A stretch of 63,458 nucleotides of DNA, the filler included, from Thelocarpon superellum (lineage: Eukaryota): the NCBI GenBank assembly GCA_026025795.1. It is 6 parts of 6 records of this genome, joined end to end, with 100 filler letters (N's around TTAATTAATTAA, not from the genome) between each part and the next. Parts side by side here need not be neighbours in the genome. Positions count along the whole stretch, not along the records: positions 10,659 to 21,201 come from JAPEUG010000525.1; positions 21,302 to 31,829 come from JAPEUG010000526.1; 4 more parts are not named here. One strand, written 5' to 3'. Both the position numbers and the translations under genes were made by a program. The notes below the pieces were generated by a model. That model was not told the origin of the DNA. It was given only the letters and a program-made list of their open reading frames with translations, and did no database searches. This document shows, one piece after another, positions 10,659 through 28,327 of this stretch (positions are counted from its first letter, which is position 1; each line of letters opens with the position of its first letter).

Positions 10659-13247
10659 CGCCTTTCGACCGTCACCGGTCCCGTGTCATTTCCGAGGACA
10701 GCCGTCCTCTACGCTACGGGACGTCGACAGCAGCGGTCATTTTCCAGCGCCAACAGCCAAGGCCTAGGTGTGAATGGGGCGAGTGCGTGACCTGTCAGGC
10801 CCCACTGAGTTGCTTCAGGGTGCAAGGCGCAGGGTGCAGGATGCAGGGTGGAAGATGAGCGGGGAGTAGTCGGTCGGGGATGACGAGCAGAGAATACGAT
10901 GATGGCGAAGACGCTATCGAAATTGGGGGCAAGTGTTCCTGTCAGACTGCTTTCCGATCACAATGACGATGATGATGGTGCTGGATCTTGACCGGGGTCG
11001 AGGAGATGTTACCGTGGCGTGACTCTCGAATCGGGTCGAGAGCCTGTCGCAGCTTCGATCTGGCCCCCGCCCCCGGGATTCGGGCTGGAAGGGGCGCGAG
11101 CAGCATCCGCCGGTGTCGACGCCCCTACTGGAGTCGGGTCAGCCAGGCGAGTCCTTCACGCGTTTCAACCTGCGCCCGTCGGGCGTGCTAGAGAATGGCG
11201 AACGGCGCATGGTGATACGAGTTCGCGAGGCCAGAAACTTGGGGGCACGGGAGGCGTAAGTGAGGCCATCCCATTCGGCGTAGATCGGGCGCTGGTTTCC
11301 GGAGTACGGTGGGGGACTCCCGGACACCACTGGATGCACGGTGATCCGGGTCCAGAAGTCAGCGGTGCGCCAAGCTCCAGGGTGCAGATCTCGCTGTCAC
11401 AACGCCAAACGAGAGTCCGCCATCGACGCTTTGTATTCAGCCGGCGCTGCGTGTCACGGACGCAACGCCGCTGAGCTCACAAGAGCGGCCGAGCGTCGGG
11501 GAAGAGTGGTCAAGGCATTCGACCGAGGCCGCGTGGAGAAAAAAGGACTCGTCTGCTGCCCGCAAGTCGAGGGCTGGCAGAGCACGATCGAGAAGCAAAC
11601 AGGTCATTGTAGCCGTCGACTTTGGTCCAGAGTAAGGGCCACGGCTGACGGGAACGGACGCAAGCGGCATCGCGCCCGTCATACTACGCTGGCTGCAGCT
11701 GCATCGCGACGAGAAGATATCAGCTGCGTGTAGTGCTCGCCGCTCGAACCCGCAGAAGGACCGGGCGTGCAGGAGACGAATGATGTGCCGACGAGGCGAG
11801 GGAGGGCCCTTGCGTCGCGGCCGCTGCACGCCCCTGGTCGTCGGTGCGGTAACCCTTGGATCCTGGTCCGCCACATGAGCCGCCGGAAGGACCATGACTT
11901 GCAGCTCGCTAACCTCCCGCAGGCGCCGGCGCCGGCGTTGGCCCTCGGGCCTCCCAGGGGCTCTGCGCTAGCACAGCTCTAGTTATCCGCGGGCACGATG
12001 AGGTCCTCGCACGAGTACTACCCAGCTGCCGGCAAGGTGCTTGTTCCCTACGGAGTACTAGCACTCTTGCTAGCACTCTTGCCAGCACTCTTGCCAGTGG
12101 ACTGGCAGCGGATTCCCTGGTTGCCCAGCTCCGTTGTCGCTTGCTTCGGTGGCCTGGGTCGGCAAACCCCACACTCCCTCACCGCTTCCCACCGGCCACA
12201 ATCAGTGTCAGCCATCTATCCACGCCCTACCCTACTGCTCCTGCTATTCCTGCTGTGTGAGAAGTGGTGTAGGTACCCGTAGTCAGGAGGTGATCGTGGT
12301 TGAACTTGGGAACTGAGGTCCAGATCACCAACTGACCAATATCTCTATAGCACCGCATGGTACAAAGTACTTCGTACTTGTGCGAAGACCAAGTACTGCG
12401 TAACGACATGGCCACGAAGTACTTCGTATCCATTGTGTGTCCCACGCCAAGCGCTCATTGGGCTTCGGCATCCCGAAAAAAGCACGGCTGCACCCGATCC
12501 GATTCCGACGGCGATTCTGCCGTGCTCGATGGATTCGATCCTCCAGGCCATGCAGGTGTCGGGCCTATCGTCATGGTGGGTGTGATCCGTGGCGTGACGC
12601 TGTCCGCGGAAGATCTTCCCAAGCTTATGCACGCATCGTTGGGGGTCGTTACCCGTCGAGCCGGCCTCGATTTCTGGGGTCCGTCTCGGAGGGCAATGAA
12701 TGCCGACGGTCAAGTCTGGCTGGTGACCAGTCAAATGGACGCAGCGCAAGACTGTGAGATGCACGTTTCATCCGCCGCAGCTTCCATGCATCTCCCCACA
12801 CGCGTTGCAAGATAAAGTCCCAACGATGCGCTCAAAAGGGAAGAGGGGCCCTGATGACCCTCCTGTCTCCGTTGACTTGCCCGCAGAAGCGGTATCGTCG
12901 ACGTAACTGAGCTCGGTTCGTCGTGGCCGGCTCATGGGGGTCCTCTACGACGTGGCCGGCTCTTAGGGGTCTGCTACGACGTGGTCGACGTGGCCCCTGC
13001 GCATCTGACATCATGCACGCGTAGACGCACCGAGGAAGAGGGCTGAGAAACCAATAACACAGATGTGAGGAGGCGGTGTGCCAGATCCTACGGAGAGAAA
13101 ATCGATGCTAGCTCGGGCTAAGTCCGGGCGAGTACTGCAGGGAGCCCATGTATCTCCCACGCCATACCCGCTCAAATTCTCTCCCACGTTGGCATTCCGC
13201 TTGTGTGTTTGGGGCACGGGTGACCATCCCATCCCCGCAGGAACTAA

Positions 13248-18161
<4,914 letters not shown>

Positions 18162-18994
18162 GCACTTGCGTGGTTCCACGCCGACACCTGCAGTGCCCGA
18201 GTGAAAGCTGTGGGAGGTGGTCACGCCGCGCTTGCGAGATGAATCAATGACGTTGGGAGATGCCTGAGGGATGTAGGGGCGATGGTGACGTTGGGACTGG
18301 CTTCCGTTTCTGCCCACTTTTAGGGTGATGATGAATCGCTGCTCCACCCGGGGTCGAGTCGCATAACTATCGTTACTTTTCTGTCTGGTCCGCAGGTGAC
18401 AGGCGGGCGCCCCCACTATGCCGAAGGGGGTGTAAGACGCGGCCTATGGGAGATTCGGCGGTAGCACCAGGAGAGTAAGTTGTGCAGCCACTAGAATATG
18501 TTACCGCTATGCGCTCCCACGGGTGTGAAAGGTCGGTGAAGCAGGGCACGAGTACGAGTACGAAGTAAGTTGAGCTAACATATATGATGCGGAGCACTCC
18601 GTGCTCTTCCAGCAGTGCCGGACTGCTTCCCATTGGACGACTGGTTGGTGGGGACGACCCGGATTAATCAGCCCACGTGGGGTGCACACACCGAACACGA
18701 TGGGTGGGGGATGTACTTCGGACGAGTAGGCACGACAGACACGACTGCACCGACCGGTTACGCGTCAGCCCATTGCGCTGTATATTCCCACGAGCTGGCC
18801 GATGCATCGCACTGTGTGCAGTGAAAGAGCAGGGGGACCATCAAGGTTTACGGAATGTGACGTATGTTGTGCTACATGTGTGTGTCTATGTGCAAATGAT
18901 GACCCAGGCGCCCCCCCTCTCATTGCAGATCTTGCCCGGAGGTATGGCTGCGCGTGGGTAGATCTGCCATGTACATTCTCGAGCCCCGCCACCT

Positions 18995-20313
18995 TCACGC
19001 GCACTGACCGGGGTACTGGCGCGAGGTGACGGGGTTCGGGATGACGCCCCGCTGGATGCCGGACTGAAAGCCCCAGTTGCCGGGGCCGTTGAAGGACCAC
19101 ATGAAGTAGCCGTTGGTGCTGCTCTCGAACGTGTCGAGCTGCGCCTCGACGTAGCGGCGCACCTGCTCGACCATCTGTGGGTTCCAGGTCGACATGTCGG
19201 CGCTTTGGCATTGGCACCCGCTGACGGAGCACGAGGTACCAGCCGTCGTCGATCCATCCGGGTTGACGCAGATGTTGGTGACGGGACTCCACTCGCCCAC
19301 GAAAGTGGGCAAGGCGGCCTTGGCCTTGATAAGACCGGGGCCCCAGCCACAGGCCTCTTGGATGTGCTGCGCCTGCGTGAGCTGATTGTCCGAGTCGACG
19401 AAGCACTGGTACAGATGGCTGTCCACGCCGAAGAGCCCGTTGGAGCCGACGATGGCGGGCACGTCGGCCCAGTAATCGGCCCCCAGAAAGGCATCGTGCA
19501 TGATGATCATGAGGTTCTTGTTCGCGGCAATGGCCTTGATGTCCTCGTAGGCCTGCATCGCCCATTGCTTCGTCACGGTGTTGTTGTTGTTGCCCCACGA
19601 GATGGGCTCGTTGACCATCTCGAGCCCGACGACCGTGTCGGCGTACTGCGCCGTCCCGTACTTCCACGCGAGCGTCAGCAGGACCTCAATCGAGCGGTTG
19701 AGGTTGTTGCCCTGCTGCCACTCCACGTCGCCCTGGTGGCCCGAGTTGTCGTAGCCGTTCTGCGACCCGGGCGACCCGTGACAGTCAATCCACACCTTCA
19801 TGCCGGCCGCCTGCGCCCATCCTACGGCCTGCTCGAGAAAGATATCCGCGCCCTTCAGGTATGGCGTGTTGGCGTTGTCGTACGCCCAGAAGCCAATGGG
19901 GATGCGAAGCCTGGTGCGAGTCAGCGGATTGTTCAGGCCTGGGCCGAGGGAGGGCCATCATACGCATTGATCCCCGTCGCCTTCAAGCTCTGCACGTCGG
20001 CCTCCGTGAACCAGGTCGACCAGTGCTGCTGCAAAGCGGCCGCTGCCCCGCTGGTTGAGTCGAAGGTCCACTGGTCGATCGCGTTGGTCCCGTCGAAGAC
20101 GTCCGGTACCATCCATTTTTCCAGGATGAGCCAACCTCCAATGTTGACGCCCCGCAGGAAGTCGGGACCATCATCGCGCCGCAACAGGCTGTCCTCCACC
20201 TCTACCGTGGAGCCCGCCACTGGGGACGTCGCGACGGAGACAGGAGACGATGAGGCCGGAGGCGTCAGCAATGCGCCAGCGCAGAGGGACAGAAGAAATG
20301 CCGAAACTCGCAT
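18995..20313 (-). CDS. Secreted GH5 glucan 1,3-beta-glucosidase (Exg1-like)
   Basis: Signal peptide MRVSAFLLSLCAGALL; RGVNIGGWLILEKWM, LRIPIGFW, DCHGSPGSQNGYDNSG; catalytic NEP and GEWS glutamates; one intron (~19963-19911). Confidence 0.93.
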
Positions 20314-21201
20314 GGTCACGGTCTGGTCGAGGATGAAGTGAATGAGGTCGGCGCCGTCAACGCTCCGCAACACGCCGCGGTGGTGAGGGTCGATGGGCAA
20401 AGTGGCGGAACGAGCGAAGATGTTGTCACCCACCCGGGGTATCAACTACAAATGGGGGACGGCCCAGAAAGAAATGATGTAGAGGCGGGATGAACGATGC
20501 GTTGTAAGCGTCGAGCGATGGGAAGAAGGGGTAGTAGGCCCAGCCTGCTCAATCAAGGGAGCGTCGATGCGGTCAAAGGAAGGTGGAGGTAAGGAGCGTG
20601 ATGGTTGAAAAGGACAATGTGAATGAAGAGCGTTATGACATGAATCCCCGCGCAGCCTGATCGGTGAATCAGCTCTACCCTCTCTGCTAGTTCTTCGGTC
20701 AGGGCGAAGGTGAATGCCGCCGAGAGGCTGGATGTGCCCGCCTGGGGATGGTCGTGGCACGGGTGTTGGAGCAAGGCACCCACGTAGCGACGGTCTCGTA
20801 CTCGTACGTCACTGGGAAGAGGTTGGCCGGAAGGGTCCCGGAGTGGATGCACCAACGGGGCGGGGAGCTGCAAAGGAGTGTGTAGAACTGCAAAAGGTGA
20901 ACAATGAAGTAGAGGGCACACGAGCGTATCTCGTCGCAAATCTACGACGGTGAGGCGGAACAAACCGGGGCGGATGCAAAGAAAAGGACTCGATCAGCTC
21001 CATAACGGAGGCTTCTTATAAGGCTCGCTCGTCCGTCCACGAGCGCGTTGAGGGATGGAGGGGGATGATCTCTCGCGGCTCCTCCATCATCGTCTGCACA
21101 CCAGTCATTTCGACGTGCCAGCGGCGCAATTCCATGAATCCGGCGTCGGCGCCACTCGACGCCCGCGTTGGCTCTTTCACGGCCGAGTCTAAGCCGACGC
21201 G

Positions 21202-21301
21202 NNNNNNNNNNNNNNNNNNNNNNNNNNNNNNNNNNNNNNNNNNNNTTAATTAATTAANNNNNNNNNNNNNNNNNNNNNNNNNNNNNNNNNNNNNNNNNNN
21301 N
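21202..21301. other. Artificial contig-join spacer
   Basis: 44N-TTAATTAATTAA-44N. Confidence 0.97.
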
Positions 21302-21707
21302 AAGTATGCCCGCTTCTGCAGCGCCTTATGCAGTAAGGGCCGTATGGCACTCTTACTCGTAAGTCACACTGCCACTGTCCAGCACGACACCAACCAGGTT
21401 ACACGTCCCAGGGTGGCCGCTTTAGGGTCGGGGATAACAGCCCTCAATCTCGGTCCCACTCGACGCCAGGCAATCTCACCGTTATGTTTCCGTCGGCCAG
21501 TACTGTGCCCTCCGCGTGCCGGTACAAATAATCACTCGTAGGTGTTTGTGGTCGAGTCTGACTCCGTTTTCGTGTTCAACTCCGGTTCGTTCGTTGGATA
21601 AGACTGATTTGCATTTCGCGACTTTGTCGGCCGGCTCCAATTCCAAATACGCCGAGTGTCCGCACTGCGTCTCATCGGGATTTGGAATCGAATAGTGGCA
21701 GTGTGAG

Positions 21708-21716
21708 GTATATAGA
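21708..21716 (+). promoter_or_regulatory. Candidate TATA element upstream of DUF1223 gene
   Basis: GTATATAGA ~60-130 bp upstream of the two candidate ATGs in otherwise GC-rich DNA. Confidence 0.4.
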
Positions 21717-21840
21717 CGGTTGTGACGACCTTCAGAATGTAATTCCATCCCCTACGCAAGCACGCACCATGAAAGGTCTCTTCCATTTGTTTAAGTCCGT
21801 CCTGGCATCGTGGGACGCAACGCCACAGGACCGGGTGACC

Positions 21841-22547
21841 ATGTCCACTGTACCCCAGGCCAAGGCCCGTAGCCTGACCGTGCTCGAGCTGTTCCAGAGC
21901 CAGGGATGCTCGTCCTGTCCACCAACCAACGCCAATGTGCTCGACCTAGCGGATGATCCCAATGTGCTAGTCCTTACCTACGAGATCACGTACTGGGACT
22001 ATCTCGGATGGAAGGATACCTTTGGTCACTCGGCCTGGGACAGGCGGCAGCGAGAATATTCTAGAGCGTGGAATCGCCAGCGCCTCTTCACGCCACAGGT
22101 TCGTCATGCCCCTCCCGCTGGCCACGCCGAGACGTTAATGGGGCCCAACCCATTCAGGTGATTGTCAATGGGAGCGTGGACAGCGTCGGGAACAAGGCCA
22201 GCGCTCTAGCTGCAATGATCGCACAAGGGACCAAGGGTGGCAGTAGCGTGGAGGCGATCAGGGTCATCGATGGCGGCGTCACCGTCGAGGGTGCAGATGG
22301 CGCCATGGCCACCGTCCTGCTAGTCACCTACGAGCCCCGCCCCGCAGACGTCTCCATCCGGGCGGGTGAGAATGGGGGCCGGACAATCCCCCATCGCAAT
22401 GTGGTCTGTGCAATCATGGAGCTCGGCACGTGGCGTGGCGGCTCACAGAGCTTTGCGCTCCCGAGACCGACGATAATGGGTGGCGAGAGGGCCATCGTGC
22501 TCCAGTCCGGATTAGGCGGTCCGATCGTGGGCGCGGCACGCGAGTGA
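21841..22547 (+). CDS. DUF1223 thioredoxin-like protein (CxxC)
   Basis: VLELFQSQGCSSCPP, YWDYLGWKDTF, RQREY, FTPQ|VIVNG and GENGGRTIPHRNVV are DUF1223 hallmarks; phase-0 intron 22099-22157. Alternative upstream ATG at 21769. Confidence 0.88.
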
Positions 22548-23631
22548 GAGAAGCATTGCGGGTGGGTAGCGGAGTCAGGCACCTGCATGAAGGGGGGCGT
22601 GGAGCGGAGAACTGATCCAATATGGCGCTGACTGGGAAAGCGTCTGCGGTGGGGTCCATCTGGGTGTACAGTATGAGTATCTGTAAACGTGGGGCACGTC
22701 CGAAGAACATATGTGCAGTGGTACTAGGAGAAGCTCCCCGCTGCGACCGAAGGTTGCTTGGCTAGACGCCAGAAGCACTCGGCCCACATTTGTGCCTCGG
22801 GGTGCCCCGGGGTGCCCCGGAGTGGGTGGGAGTACGACGAACTTGTGCAGGCCGCGAGCCATGGGAGCTGGACAGGCCAATAGTCAGCAGCTGGCGCGAA
22901 GGCTTCACAACGCAGCCCAGCCTAGATGAGGTTTAGCGACGCTCCTGTCCGTGCGGCACGAGCGATCGCGGCCCTCGCGGATAGGAAGCGAGCGAGGGTG
23001 ATCCCCGTCTAGCGTGGAGGAGATGCCGGCCAAATGCCATGGTGCTCCCGGGAAATGCAACGAGCGTCGAACTATTCCCGAGCTACTTGTCGTACCTCGC
23101 CGGACCTAGGACTCAGCACGCTGGCGGTAGTCGAATCTCTTCCGTCGAGCCTGCCCTTGCCTCGCCGCCAGCCCCCCTTCCACCGTGCGGACAAGTACTC
23201 GCACCGACGCTGGTCCTCGTATGGCATGGTACGAGACTCCTCGGAGTCCTCGCGTGTGAAAGATCTGTACCCTGTCCAGGGCGCTGAGTCTGACCCCGGC
23301 GCTCCTTGGCGTCTAGCCCTGGTAAAGGATCCACTGTGCTGTGCCGGAGTCGTTTCCGTCCTGCGATCATGTTGCCTGCAGTGCCGGCCAGCACGGTCCA
23401 CGTCGCGCTCTATCACCTCGCCTCGTGCCCGAGTGGGTGTTCCTATCGCCGCCAGACGCCCGACGGCCAACGCCAGGCGCCATATCTCCATCGGCCGACT
23501 TGTTGCGGACTGGCAAAGGCGGTGCGAGATGACCTTTCAGGTTCACCACCACTCCTCCCCAATCTTGCATCCTCCTGCCGTGATATCGGTCGTTCCCACG
23601 TCGTTGGTGGTCGTCAATTGTTGTGGATGCG

Positions 23632-25126
23632 ATGGAATCGCTCTCGGACGCCCTCGCGTCCCAGCTGCAAGGCACGGATAACAACCGGCAAGCATCCATC
23701 GTCGCCCTCAATGGCGCCATGATGGGCATCTCCACTGTCGCCGTTGCGCTCCGCTTGGTGTCAAGACGAGTCGTTTGCGCACCCTTCCGTTATGACGATT
23801 ACGCCGTCGTCTGGGCGCTGGTGAGTCCCTCCGCCCCCTTACGCCAGCTCCGCGACGCCACGCTGAGCGCCAAGCGCAGTTCACCTCCTATGGCCTTTCC
23901 ATCATCTCCATTGTCGGTAGGTCACTCCGCCCTGCTGGCCGCGCCCATTCGACGCGCACCCTGTCTGGGGCCGTAGAGCGCCGTGGCTGATGCCTTGGCA
24001 GCGACCCATTATGGGATGGGCAAGCACATCATCGAAGAGGACTTCTCGAACATTGTACCGATTCTCAAAGTAAGCCCCCACCCTCCACCATCAGGAGGCG
24101 CTGACGCCGGTACGGCGCGCCTCAGTGCGTGTATGCATATTTCGTCATGTATCCCATCTGCGTGCCGGCGATCAAGATGTCCATCCTCCTCTTCTTCTAC
24201 CGCATCTTCACCACGCAACCGGCGGTGAACGTCCTGCGCTTCTTCGGGCTTTTCATTGCGCTCTGGCAGACCTCGGCGACGCTCGTCGGCGTCTTCCAGT
24301 GCACGCCCATCCACTCCTTCTGGGACAAGTCGATCGACGGGGTGTGTATCAACTCCTACCTGTGGAGCCTGTCTGAGGGCGGCATCACCATCTTCATCGA
24401 CGTGGTGCTCCTGGTCATCCCCATGCCCATGGTCTGGCAATTGCAGATCTCGTGGCGACAGAAGGCCGCCCTGTCAGCCATCTTTCTGCTCGGTGGCTTG
24501 TGAGTCTGCCGGTCACGCCCGCGTTGGGTACGATGCTGACTCTACCATTAGCGTGTGCGTCGCGAGCATCATCCGCATGTTCACCCTGCACGAGATCTTC
24601 ACCAATGACTCCACCTGTGAGTCCCCACGCCAGCTGCGCCCTTCCCCTTTGCATGCCCACGGCGCTCACATGTCTAGGGACCATCTATGCTCCGGAACAG
24701 TGGTCCGTGGTCGAAGCCAACTTGGGCATTGTCTGCGCCTGTCTCCCAGTGATGCGGCCGTTGATCCGTCATCGGTACTTCGGGAGCACCCGTGGCACCA
24801 AGCCAAGCACCCAGGGATCCAACACCATCGTTGCCCGAAGTAGCCTCGGCCAACGCAAGATCAAAATGCCGTGGAGCCTCCTTACGGAGACAGTCACGGA
24901 TGAGACGACCCACTTGTCTCAACCTTCGAACATGACGACCGGAAAGTTGTGGGGCCGATCAGGTACCAGCTTCGAGCTCCAACCAACGACAAAGACGGCG
25001 CGTGGCACGGCGCAAGACATGCTACCAGATGCGACGCAACGACGAGTGGATCCGGACCTTGAATGGGGCTCACCAGGCCCCGTCGAAAGCTCGGACGCCA
25101 CTATGAGCAAGCGACGCAACGCATAG
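23632..25126 (+). CDS. Pth11-like / fungal rhodopsin-domain integral membrane protein (no CFEM seen)
   Basis: VAVALRLVSRR...DDYAVVWAL, YGMGKHI, IKMSILLFFYRIF, FQCTPIHSFWD, DVVLLVIPMPMVWQLQ, CVASIIR, WSVVEANLGIVCACLP; five GT-AG introns. Confidence 0.9.
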
Positions 25127-26096
25127 GACTGCGGGAGGATATCTTGTGAGCCGCGCTGCATATTGGATCGGTCATCATCCCGGCCGTGTTGGATGGGAGT
25201 TCGGGCGTCCTGCATCTCTCGACCTAGGTAGATACCATCAGAGCGTGGCATGTGCATACGGAGTGAATCGCTGGGCGTTGACACCACTGGCGCTCGATAG
25301 TAATCCTCAGTCGAGGGTGAGGTTGACTGAACCGAGCTCATGTAGCCTAGCTGCAACCCTGACCAAGTACTACAACTACTACTCAGCAGAAGTCCTTCTA
25401 CTCTAGTAGCGTCTTGGTCAGGGGCCGACACAGGTCTAGAAGTGACACCGAAGCCGTGACGACAGCCATGCTGGACCGGGAGATCGTCGGGGCTCGGGCA
25501 TCACTGATCGCCGCCTGCCAGACGGTAGACGCCTGATGCTTTCATCGAAAGGTCACCGCTCGCCTGGCCTTACTAGCGCCTTTTTCATGCTGGGCTTGGT
25601 AATACGTGCAGGACCCGCACATTACTAATTCCTCACGTTGCTCATTGCATGATTGGTCCGTCGGCAATGCCGTCGGCCTGATTACTCGTACGAGCGCAAC
25701 TACGTTCGCCCACCAGCCCCGTAGGCGTGCCGAACGCTGGCGGAGCGCAAGCTTCGTCGAACGACCACATTCCATCTATGACGCACTCGTAGCTTTGCTG
25801 ACAGGCCGCGACTGATAGGCGGATTACAGAACCATTCAAACTCCAAGAAAGCCTAACTGCTGTACGCCGGCCATCTACTCGAGCATAAGCGGTGCTAAGG
25901 TAGCTCCGGACCCATCGATATCGCCTATCTTGGCATGCATCACGCCGTGGCCCAAGTGGAACTTGGAGTCGATGCTGACGTGATTCCATGCCGTGCGTGA
26001 TGAGGAACGTGCTGGACGTGCTGGACGTGCTGGGCCGAACCTTGAGTCATTGAAAATCATCATCTCGCGCGACCATCACACGTAGACCTGGACTCA

Positions 26097-26105
26097 GTAT
26101 ATAGG
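26097..26105 (+). promoter_or_regulatory. Candidate TATA element upstream of MFS gene
   Basis: GTATATAGG ~150 bp upstream of ATG 26252. Confidence 0.4.
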
Positions 26106-26251
26106 GGAAGCACTATTCCACGATGTGATTCGTCTTTATGCCCATTGATCATCTTAATTCCATCATCGTGTTGTTGTGTTCCAGTAGGAGCCTACGAACG
26201 TGTACAGTGTTTCATCTGCGTGTTGCATCTTGTCTCGCTCGCAATCCCATC

Positions 26252-28327
26252 ATGCTCGACATTATCCGCGAAGCGCCCTTTGGGCAGCTGGTTCGCCTAC
26301 TCACCCGCGGTAAGGCCTTGCCCTACCCGGAGGAGCTGTCCACCTTCAGCCTTCCTGCCAGCTATGGCGATGGCCCTGAGAGCGCTCAAGTCAAGCATTC
26401 GGGCGCTCCCAGCTCGTCATCTTCTTCAAGAAGTTCCATCAAAGATGAGGACATGGAAAGGCAACCGTCTCGCGATCTTCCCCTGACCTCGTCTCCCACC
26501 AACGCAACCGACTTAATAGCCGCACAACAGCAACAAGCCTTGGAGAAGACGACGTCCAGCCCAATTGCCCCGGTCAAGACTGCCGACGGCCTGATCTTGG
26601 CCGATTGGTATGCCACTGACGATGCGGCCAATCCGCAGAATTGGTCGCAGTGGAAGAAGGCCTTTGTTGCTCTCCAGATTGAGTAAGTAGATGCGATTTG
26701 CTCGTGCAACAAGGACCCAAGACAGAGCTGACGCGGGCAGTCTATATACCTTTGTCGTTTATGCCGGCTCCTCCATCTACGTCTCCAGCGAACTGTAAGT
26801 CCTGGACGGTGCCCGCGGTGCAGTCCATCCACGAGCTGACTCCACTCCAGTGGCGTCATGGCAGAGTTTGGCGTTGGTGCGCCGAAGGCGTCCTTAGGTT
26901 TGGCTCTTTACGTGCTGGGCTGTATGGACTCCTCTGATTCTCATGAGTTTGGCCGAGACTAACCTTTCCCACAGACGGTATCGGTCCCCTCTTGTGGGCT
27001 CCAATGAGCGAGATTCCCACCTTTGGCCGCAACGTGCCGTATGTGGCGAGCTTCGCCATCTATCTCATCCTCTGCGTGCCCACGGCCTTGTCCAACAATC
27101 TCGCCGGGCTCCTGGTGCTGCGATTCCTGCAAGGCTTCTTAGGGAGCCCGTGTTTGGCCAATGGTGGCGCCAGTATGCAAGATCTGGTATGAGGGCTCCC
27201 GTTCAGTTGGTGGAGACGCCGCTAATGCTCGATAGTACTCCTTTATGTACCTGCCATACTCTCTGTCTTCCTGGGTATCCGCCGCATTTGCAGCGCCGGC
27301 ACTGGGCCCCCTGATTTCCGGATTCGCCGTCACGGCCGAGAACTGGCGATGGTCACTGTGGGAGATTCTGTGGATGGCTAGCCCGGTGTTCCTCCTCTGG
27401 TTCTTTTTCCTGCCCGAGACGTCGGCGTCCAACATCCTCTTGCGTCGTGCCACCCGACTCCGCCAGCTGACAGGAAACGAGCGCATTCGATCGCAGGCGG
27501 AGATCAACCGCCGTGGCCTCACGACTAACGCCATCGTGTTTGACGCGCTCATCAAACCTCTGGAGATCATGATCAAAGATCCGGCCGTCTTATTCACCAA
27601 CCTGTATACAGCGTTGACTTACGGCATCTACTACTCCTTTTTTGAAGTGTTCGCCTTGGTCTACGGGCCCATTTACGGCTTCAATCTGGGAGAGACGGGA
27701 GCCCTTTTTGTGTGCATTGTGGTGGGGTGTGTCCTCGCGATGGCCATCTACTTCTCCTACATTCATTTCAGCCTTATCCCTGACATGAAGGCGAACGGCA
27801 TGCGTCCGCAAGAATGGCGACTCCGACCCGCACTCCTGGCCGTCTTTGGTCCGCCGATTGGCCTGTTTCTCTTCGGTGAGTATTCATCTCTGGTGGACAG
27901 CTACATTTCATGGACTAATCTCCTCCACTCAACAGCATGGACGGCCAACGAACACGTGCACTGGATCGTCAGCGTCATCGGCATCACCATCTACGCGCTT
28001 TCTTGCTATATTCTGCTTCAGTGCATCTTCGTGTACATCCCCATGACCTACCCGCCCTACGCCGCCTCGCTCTTCGCCAGCAATGACCTGTGTCGCTCGG
28101 CCTTTGCCACCGGGGCCGTCTTGTTCTCGCGGCCGATGTTCATCAACCTTGGCATCGGCCAGGGCGTGAGCCTCCTGGCGGGGTTGAGTGTGATGGGCAT
28201 CGTGAGTGTTTCGCCCTCTTTGCTCGCGTGAACGTGACTGACGATCCCCACCGTACAGATTGGCATGTGGCTGCTCTACTTCTATGGAGCCGATCTGCGC
28301 GCGCGATCGAAATTCGCCCTCAGCTGA
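26252..28327 (+). CDS. MFS drug:H+ antiporter DHA1 (Caf5/Flr1/Mdr1-like)
   Basis: MLDIIREAPFGQLVR, DWYATDDAANPQNWS, WAPMSEIPTFGRN, LRFLQGFLGSP, LPETS, PQEWRL, YAASLFASNDLCRS, LRARSKFALS-stop; six introns. Confidence 0.93.

Noticed and set aside
11998..12282. Hydrophobic 94-aa ORF
   Set aside because: Hydrophobicity comes largely from a 12-bp tandem repeat (GCACTCTTGCYA x3); no other coding evidence.
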